Below are positions 55,501 to 64,000 of a DNA stretch of 64,000 nucleotides, one piece after another (position 1 is the first letter of the stretch; each line of letters starts with the position of its first letter). This stretch comes from Eledone cirrhosa (Eukaryota): positions 16,740,001 to 16,804,000 of the forward strand of contig OZ024740.1 in assembly GCA_964016885.1 (NCBI GenBank), in the 5' to 3' direction. A program made the position numbers and the translations under genes. The notes under the pieces were generated by a model that was given only the letters and a program-made list of their open reading frames with translations, did no database searches and had not been told where the DNA came from.

Positions 55501-57009
55501 TCTTGACGGAGGCTTACAGGGAGATATCAGTGTAAATATGGTGTCTTCTGGACAGAGGTTTACAGGGAGATATCAGAGTAAATATGGTGGCTTCTAGACA
55601 GAGGTTTACAGGGAGACATCAGTGTAAATATGGTGGCTTCTGGATAGAGCTTTACAGAGAGACATTAGTGTAAATAGGGTGGCTTCTAGACAGAGCTTTA
55701 CAGGGAGATATCAGAGTAAATATGGTGGCTTCTGGACAGAGGTTTACAGGGAGACATCAGTGTAAATATGGTGGCTTCTAGACAGAGGTTTACAGGGAGA
55801 CATCAGTGTAAATATGGTGGCTTCTAGACGGAGGTTTACAGGGAGATATCAGTGTAAATATGGTGTCTTCTGGACAGAGGTTTACAGGGAGATATCAGAG
55901 TAAATATGGTGGCTTCTAGACAAAGCTTTACAGGGAGACATCAGCGTAAATATGGTGGCTTCTAGACAGAGGTTTACTGGGAGACATCAGTGTAAATATG
56001 GTGGCTTCTAGACAAAGCTTTACAGGGAGACATCAGTGTAAATATGGTGGCTTCTAGACAGAGCTTTACAGGGAGACATCAGTGTAAATATGGTGGCTTC
56101 TAGACAGAGCTTTACAGGGAGACATCAGTGTAAAAATGGTTGCTTCTGGATAGAGGTTTACAGGGAGACATCAGTGTAAATATGGTGGCATCTGGACAGA
56201 TGTTTACAGGGAGACATCAGTGTAAATATGGTGGCTTCTAGACAGAGCTTTGCAGGGAGACATCAGTGTAAATATAGTGGCTCTGGACATAGGTTTACAG
56301 GGAGACATCAGAGTAAATATGGTGGCTTCTAGACAGAGGTTTACAGGGAGACATCAGTGTAAATATGGTGGCTTCTAGACGGAGGTTTACAGGGAGATAT
56401 CAGTGTAAATATGGTGTCTTCTGGACAGAGGTTTACAGGGAGATATCAGAGTAAATATGGTGGCTTCTAGACAAAGCTTTACAGGGAGACATCAGCGTAA
56501 ATATGGTGGCTTCTAGACAGAGGTTTACTGGGAGACATCAGTGTAAATATGGTGGCTTCTAGACAAAGCTTTACAGGGAGACATCAGTGTAAATATGGTG
56601 GCTTCTAGACAGAGCTTTACAGGGAGACATCAGTGTAAATATGGTGGCTTCTAGACAGAGCTTTACAGGGAGACATCAGTGTAAAAATGGTTGCTTCTGG
56701 ATAGAGGTTTACAGGGAGACATCAGTGTAAATATGGTGGCTTCTGGACAGAAGTTTACAGGGAGACATCAGTGTAAATATGTTGGCTTCTAGACAGAGGT
56801 TTACAGGGAGACATCAGTGTAAATATGGTGGCTTCTGGATAGAGGTTTACAGGGAGACATCAGTGTAAATGTGATGGCATCTGGACAAAGGTTTACAGGG
56901 AGACATCAGTGTAAATATGGTGGCTTCTGGACAGAGGTTTACAGGGAGTCATCAGTGTTAATATGATGGCTTCTGGACAGAGCTTTACAGGGAGATATCA
57001 GTGTAAATA

Positions 57010-60000
57010 TGGTGGCTTCTGGACAGAGCTTTACAGGGAGACATCAGTGTAAATATGGTGGCTTCTGGACAGATGTTTACAGGGAGACATCAGTGTAAAT
57101 ATGGTGGGTCCTAGACAGGTTTACAGGGAAACATCTGTGTAAATATGGTGGCTTCTGGACAGAGGTTTACAGGGAGACATCAGTGTAAATATGGTGGCTT
57201 CTAGACAGGTTTACTGGGAAACATCAGTGTAAATATCGTGGCTTCTAGACAAAGCTTTACAGGGAGACATCAGTGTAAATATTATGGCTTCTAGACAGAG
57301 CTTTACAAGGAGACATCAGTGTAAATATGGTGGCTTCTAGACAGAGCTTTACAGGGAGACATCAGTGTAAATAAGGTGGCTTCTGTACAGAGGTTTACAG
57401 GGAGTCATCAGTGTAAATATGGTGGCTTCTAGACAGAGCTTTACAGGGAGATATCAGAGTGAATATGGTGGCTTCTAGACAAAGCTTTACAGGGAGACAT
57501 CAGTGTAAATATGGTGGCTTCTAGACAGGTTTACTGGGAGACATCAGTGTAAATATCGTGGCTTCTAGACAAAGCTTTACAGGGAGACATCAGTGTAAAT
57601 ATGGTGGCTTCTAGACAGAGCTTTACAGGGAGACATCAGTGTAAATATGGTGGCTTCTAGACAGAGCTTTGCAGGGAGACATCAGTGTAAATATGGTGGC
57701 TTCTGGACAGAGGTTTACAGGGAGACATCAGAGTAAATATGGTGGCTTCTAGACAGAGGTTTACAGGGAGACATCAGTGTAAATATGGTGGCTTCTAGAC
57801 GGAGGTTTACAGGGAGATATCAGTGTAAATATGGTGTCTTCTGGACAGAGCTTTACAGGGAGACATCAGTGTAAATATGGTGGCTTCTAGACATAGCTTT
57901 ACAGGGAGACATCAGTGTAAAAATGGTTGCTTCTGGACAGAGGTTTACAGGGAGTCATCAGTGTAAATATGGTGGCTTCTGGACAGAAGTTTACAGGGAG
58001 ACATCAGTGTAAATATGTTGGCTTCTAGACAGAGGTTTACAGGGAGACATCAGTGTAAATATGGTGGCTTCTGGATAGAGGTTTACAGGGAGACATCAGT
58101 GTAAATATGGTGGCTTCTGGAGAGTGGTTTACAGGGTGTCATCAGTGTGAATATGGTGGCTTCTGGACAGAGCTTTACAGGGAGATATCAGTGTAAATAT
58201 GGTGGCTTCTGGACAGAGCTTTACAGGGAGACATCAGTCTAAATATGGTGGCTTCTGGACAGATGTTTACAGGGAGACATCAGTGTAAATATGGTGCGTC
58301 CTAGACAGGTTTACAGGGAGACATCTGTGTAAATATGGTGGCTTCTGGACAGAGGTTTACAGGGAGACATCAGTGTAAATATGGTGGCTTCTAGACAGGT
58401 TTACTGGGAAACATCAGTGTAAATATCGTGGCTTCTAGACAAAGCTTTACAGGGAGACATCAGTGTAAATATGATGGCTTCTAGCCAGAGCTTTACAAGG
58501 AGACATCAGTGTAAATATGGTGGCTTCTAGACAGAGGTTTACAGGAAGACATCAGTGTAAATATGGTGGCATCTGGACAGAGGTTTACAGGGAGACATCA
58601 GTGTAAATATGGTGGCTTCTGGATAGAGCTTTACAGAGAGACATTAGTGTAAATAGGGTGGCTTCTAGACAGAGCTTTACAGGGAGATATCAGAGTAAAT
58701 ATGGTAGCTTCTGGACAGAGGTTTACAGGGAGACATCAGTGTAAATATGGTGGCTTCTAGACAGAGGTTTACAGGGAGACATCAGTGTAAATATGGTGGC
58801 TTCTAGACGGAGGTTTACAGGGAGATATCAGTGTAAATATGGTGTCTTCTGGACAGAGGTTTACAGGGAGATATCAGAGTAAATATGGTGGCTTCTAGAC
58901 AAAGCTTTACAGGGAGACATCAGCGTAAATATGGTGGCTTCTAGACAGAGGTTTACAGGAAGACATCAGTGTAAATATGGTGGCATCTGGACAGAGGTTT
59001 ACAGGGAGACATCAGTGTAAATATGGTGGCTTCTGGATAGAGCTTTACAGAGAGACATTAGTGTAAATATGGTGGCTTCTAGACAGAGCTTTACAGGGAG
59101 ATATCAGAGTAAATATGGTGGCTTCTGGACAGAGGTTTACAGGGAGACATCAGTGTAAATATGGTGGCTTCTAGACGGAGATTTACAGGGAGATATCAGT
59201 GTAAATATGGTGTCTTCTGGACAGAGGTTTACAGGGAGATATCAGAGTAAATATGGTGGCTTCTAGACAAAGCTTTACAGGGAGACATCAGCGTAAATAT
59301 GGTGGCTTCTAGACAGAGGTTTACTGGGAGACATCAGTGTAAATATGGTGGCTTCTAGACTAAGCTTTACAGGGAGACATCAGTGTAAATATGGTGGCTT
59401 CTAGACAGAGCTTTACAGGGAGACATCAGTGTAAATATGGTGGCTTCTAGACAGAGCTTTACAGGGAGACATCAGTGTAAAAATGGTTGCTTCTGGATAG
59501 AGGTTTACAGGGAGACATCAGTGTAAATATGGTGGCTTCTGGACAGAAGTTTACAGGGAGACATCAGTGTAAATATGTTGGCTTCTAGACAGAGGTTTAC
59601 AGGGAGACATCAGTGTAAATATGGTGGCTTTTGGACAGAGCTTTACAGGGAGACATCAGTGTAAATATGGTGGCTTCTGGACAGATGTTTACAGGGAGAC
59701 ATCAGTGTAAATATGGTGGGTCCTAGACAGGTTTACAGGGAAACATCTGTGTAAATATGGTGGCTTCTGGACAGAGGTTTACAGGGAGATATCAGTGTAA
59801 ATATGGTGGCTTCTAGACAGGTTTACTGGGAAACATCAGTGTAAATATCGTGGCTTCTAGACAAAGCTTTACAGGGAGACATCAGTGTAAATATTATGGC
59901 TTCTAGACAGAGCTTTACAAGGAGACATCAGTGTAAATATGGTGGCTTCTAGACAGAGCTTTACAGGGAGACATCAGTGTAAATATGGTGGCTTCTGTAC

Positions 60001-60700
60001 AGAGGTTTACAGGGAGTCATCAGTGTAAATATGGTGGCTTCTAGACAGAGCTTTACAGGGAGATATCAGAGTGAATATGGTGGCTTCTAGACAAAGCTTT
60101 ACAGGGAGACATCAGTGTAAATATGGTGGCTTCTAGACAGGTTTACTGGGAGACATCAGTGTAAATATCGTGGCTTCTAGACAAAGCTTTACAGGGAGAC
60201 ATCAGTGTAAATATGGTGGCTTCTAGACAGAGCTTTACAGGGAGACATCAGTGTAAATATGGTGACTTCTAGACAGAGCTTTACAGGGAGACATCAGTGT
60301 AAATATGGTGGCTTCTAGACAGAGCTTTGCAGGGAGACATCAGTGTAAATATGGTGGCTTCTGGACAGAGGTTTACAGGGAGACATCAGAGTAAATATGG
60401 TGGCTTCTAGACAGAGGTTTACAGGGAGACATCAGTGTAAATATGGTGGCTTCTAGACGGAGGTTTACAGGGAGATATCAGTGTAAATATGGTGTCTTCT
60501 GGACAGAGCTTTACAGGGAGACATCAGTGTAAATATGGTGGCTTCTAGACATAGCTTTACAGGGAGACATCAGTGTAAAAATGGTTGCTTCTGGACAGAG
60601 GTTTACAGGGAGTCATCAGTGTAAATATGGTGGCTTCTGGACAGAAGTTTACAGGGAGACATCAGTGTAAATATGTTGGCTTCTAGACAGAGGTTTACAG
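57010..60700 (+). repeat. Duplicated block at ~2612 bp (57x46-10) offset (~57.0-58.05 kb repeated at ~59.6-60.7 kb)
   Basis: GAATAT of GAGTGAATATGG (followed by CAAAGC) at 57461 and 60073. Same order of GGGTCCTAG, ACTGGGAAAC, ATTATGG, CTGTACAG, ACATAGC, AAAAATGGTTGC. Confidence 0.78.
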
Positions 60701-63700
60701 GGAGATATCAGTGTAAATATGGTGTCTTCTGGACAGAGGTTTACAGGGAGATATCAGAGTAAATATGGTGGCTTCTAGACAAAGCTTTACAGGGAGACAT
60801 CAGTGTAAATATGGTGGCTTCTAGACAGAGGTTTACTGGGAGACATCAGTGTAAATATGGTGGCTTCTGAACAGATGTTTACAGGGAGACATCAGTGTAA
60901 ATATGGTGCGTCCTAGACAGGTTTACAGGGAGATATCAGAGTAAATATGGTGGCTTCTAGACAAAGCTTTACAGGGAGACATCAGTGTAAATATGGTGGC
61001 TTCTAGACAGAGGTTTACTGGGAGACATCAGTGTAAATATGGTGGCTTCTAGACAAAGCTTTACAGGGAGACATCAGTGTAAATATGGTGGCTTCTAGAC
61101 AGAGCTTTACAGGGAGACATCAGTGTAAATATGGTGGCTTCTAGACAGAGCTTTACAGGGAGACATCAGTGTAAAAATGGTTGCTTCTGGATAGAGGTTT
61201 ACAGGGAGACATCAGTGTAAATATGGTGGCTTCTGGACAGAAGTTTACAGGGAGACATCAGTGTAAATATGTTGGCTTCTAGACAGAGGTTTACAGGGAG
61301 ACATCAGTGTAAATATGGTGGCTTCTGGATAGAGGTTTACAGGGAGACATCAGTGTAAATGTGATGGCATCTGGACAAAGGTTTACAGGGAGACATCAGT
61401 GTAAATATGGTGGGTCCTAGACAGGTTTACAGGGAAACATCTGTGTAAATATGGTGGCTTCTGGACAGAGGTTTACAGGGAGACATCAGTGTAAATATGG
61501 TGGCTTCTAGACAGGTTTACTGGGAAACATCAGTGTAAATATCGTGGCTTCTAGACAAAGCTTTACAGGGAGACATCAGTGTAAATATTATGGCTTCTAG
61601 ACAGAGCTTTACAAGGAGACATCAGTATAAATATGGTGGCTTCTAGACAGAGCTTTACAGGGAGACATCAGTGTAAATATGGTGGCTTCTGTACAGAGGT
61701 TTACAGGGAGTCATCAGTGTAAATATGGTGGCTTCTAGACAGAGCTTTACAGGGAGATATCAGAGTAAATATGGTGGCTTCTAGACAAAGCTTTACAGGG
61801 AGACATCAGTGTAAATATGGTGGCTTCTAGACAGGTTGAATGGGAGACATCAGTGTAAATATCGTGGCTTCTAGACAAAGCTTTACAGGGAGACATCAGT
61901 GTAAATATGGTGGCTTCTAGACAGAGCTTTACAGGGAGACATCAGTGTAAATATGGTGGCTTCTAGACAGAGCTTTACAGGGAGACATCAGTGTAAATAT
62001 TGTGGCTTCTAGACAGAGCTTTGCAGGGAGACATCAGTGTAAATATGGTGGCTTCTGGACAGAGGTTTACAGGGAGACATCAGAGTAAGTATGGTGGCTT
62101 CTAGACAGAGGTTTACAGGGAGACATCAGTGTAAATATGGTGGCATCTGGACAGATGTTTACAGGGAGACATCAGTGTAAATATGGTGGCTTCTAGACAG
62201 AGCTTTGCAGGGAGACATCAGTGTAAATATGGTGGCTTCTGGACAGAGGTTTACAGGGAGACATCAGAGTAAATATGGTGGCTTCTAGACAGAGGTTTAC
62301 AGGAAGACATCAGTGTAAATATGGTGGCATCTGGACAGAGGTTTACAGGGAGACATCAGTGTAAATATGGTGGCTTCTGGATAGAGCTTTACAGAGAGAC
62401 ATTAGTGTAAATATGGTGGCTTCTAGACAGAGTTTTACAGGGAGATATCAGTGTAAATATGGTGGCTTCTGGACAGAGTTTACAAGGAGACATCAGTGTA
62501 AATATGGTGGCTTCTAGAGAGAGCTTTACAGGGAGACATTAGTGTATATATATTGGCTTCTAGACAGAGCTTTACAGGGAGATATCAGAGTAAATATGGT
62601 GCCTTCTGGACAGAGGTTTACAGGGAGACATCAGTGTAAATATGGTGGCTTCTAGACAGAGCTTTACAGGGAGATATCAGTGTAAATATGGTGGCTTCTG
62701 GACAGAGGTTTACAAGGAGACATCAGTGTAAATATGGTGGCTTCTAGACAGAGCTTTACAGGGAGACATTAGTGTATATATATTGGCTTCTAGACAGAGT
62801 TTACAGGGAGATATCATTGTAAATATGGTGGCTTCTAGGCAGAGCTTTACAGGGAGATATCAGAGTAAATATGGTGCCTTCTGGACAGAGGTTTACAGGG
62901 AGACATCAGTGTAAATATGGTGGCTTCTGGATAGAGGTTTACAGGGAGACATCAGTGTAAATATGGTGGATTCTGGACAGAGGTTTACAGGGAGACATTA
63001 GTGTAAATATGCTGGCTTCTGGACAGAGATTTATAGGGAGACATCAGTGTTAATATGGTGGCTTCTGGACAGAGGTTTACAATGAGACATCAGTGTAAAT
63101 ATGGTGTCTTCTGGACAGAGCTTTACAGGGAGACATTAGTGTAAATATGGTGCCTTCTAGACAGAGCGTTACAGGGAGATATCAGAGTGAATATGGTGGC
63201 TTCTGGACAGAGGTTTACAGGGAGATATCAGTGTAAATATGGTGGCTTCTGGACAGAGCTTTACAGGGAGACATCAGTGTAAATATGGTGGCTTCTAGAA
63301 AGAGGTTTACAGGGAGACATCAGTGTAAATATAGTGGCTTCTAGACAGAAGTTTACAGGGAGACATCAGTGTAAATATGGTGGCTTCTAGACGGAGGTTT
63401 ACAGGGAGATATCAGTGTAAATATGGTGTCTTCTGGACAGAGGTTTCCAGGGAGATATCAGTGTAAATATGGTGTCTTCTGGACAGAGCTTTACAGGGAG
63501 ATATCAGAGTAAATATGGTGGCTTCTGGACAGAGCTTTACAGGGAGATATCAGAGTAAATATGGTGGCTTCTAGACAAAGCTTTACAGGGAGACATCAGT
63601 GTAAATATAGTGGCTTCTGGAGAGAAGATTACAGGGAGACATCAGTGTAAATATGGTGGCTTCTGGACAGAGGTTTACAGGGAGATATCAGTGTAAATAT

Positions 63701-64000
63701 GGTGGCTTCTAGACAGAGCTTTGCAGGGAGACATCAGTGTAAATATGGTGGCTTCTGGACAGAGGTTTACAGGGAGACATCACAGTAAATATGGTGGCTT
63801 CTAGACAGAGCTTTACAGGGAGACATCAGTGTAAATATGGTGGCTTGTAGACAGAGCTTTACAGGGAGACATCAGTGTAAATATGGTGTCTTCTGGACAG
63901 AGCTTTACAGGGAGACATTAGTGTAAATATGGTGGCTTCTAGACAGAGCTTTACAGGGAGATATCAGAGTAAATATGGTGGCTTCTGGACAGAGGTTTAC

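Larger units (their letters stand above)
1..64000 (+). repeat. Tandem satellite array of a 46-bp monomer (~1,390 copies), single orientation, extending past both window ends
   Basis: Bases 1-46 (ATATCAGTGTAAATATGGTGGCTTCTAGACAGAGCTTTGCAGGGAG) are followed directly by 47-92 (ACATCAGTGTAAATATGGTGGCTTCTGGACAGAGGTTTACAGGGAG), and the period persists to base 64000. Most copies differ from consensus by a few substitutions; indels are rare (1-3 bp). The G/G consensus form has A13 C6 G15 T12. Strand label only denotes the orientation in which the consensus is written. Confidence 0.99.

Noticed and set aside
1-64000. CRISPR array (short, partly palindromic, regularly spaced repeat)
   Set aside because: Units abut directly with no unique spacers, leader or cas genes; variation is scattered point substitution.
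1-64000. Giant repeat-protein gene or functional zinc-finger array
   Set aside because: The period is not a multiple of 3, stops recur every few monomers, no long ORF is listed on either strand, and no HxxxH motif is present.
1-64000. Tandem tRNA/5S/snRNA/spliced-leader gene cluster or telomeric repeat
   Set aside because: The 46-bp unit is too short for those gene repeats and shows no recognisable cloverleaf, A/B boxes or poly-T terminator; there are no TTAGGG-like short repeats.
1-64000. Rolling-circle/concatemer sequencing artefact or synthetic DNA
   Set aside because: Variants are inherited in ordered, hierarchical blocks and two domains, as expected from natural array evolution and not from random read error on one template. 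Copy numbers of near-identical blocks could still be misassembled.
1-64000. CENP-B box or assignment as a functional centromere
   Set aside because: The CpG-containing CENP-B box core (TTCG....A..CGGG) is not in the monomer, and centromere function cannot be inferred from sequence alone.

Overview
The whole 64 kb window is one uninterrupted head-to-tail tandem array (satellite DNA/giant minisatellite) of a 46-bp monomer, consensus A[C/T]ATCAG[T/A]GTAAATATGGTGGCTTCT[G/A]GACAGAG[G/C]TTTACAGGGAG, in about 1,390 copies (64000/46). All copies I read are in one orientation, and the array runs off both window ends. I see no genes, RNA genes, transposon insertions, CRISPR spacers or unique sequence. 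The seven listed ORFs are read-through artefacts of the repeat. The information is in the order of monomer variants. Diagnostic variants show nested segmental duplications offset by near-integer monomer multiples (about 5-75 monomers), no single fixed higher-order period, and two variant domains meeting near 25-30 kb. The monomer lacks CpG, is G-skewed, has dyad symmetry, and carries a forkhead-type site overlapping a degenerate YY1-like site. A eukaryotic (probably animal) source is an inference; I do not recognise the family or species. I cannot support a new gene-based system here. All functional ideas below are hypotheses. Marker positions were read by hand and block edges are approximate.
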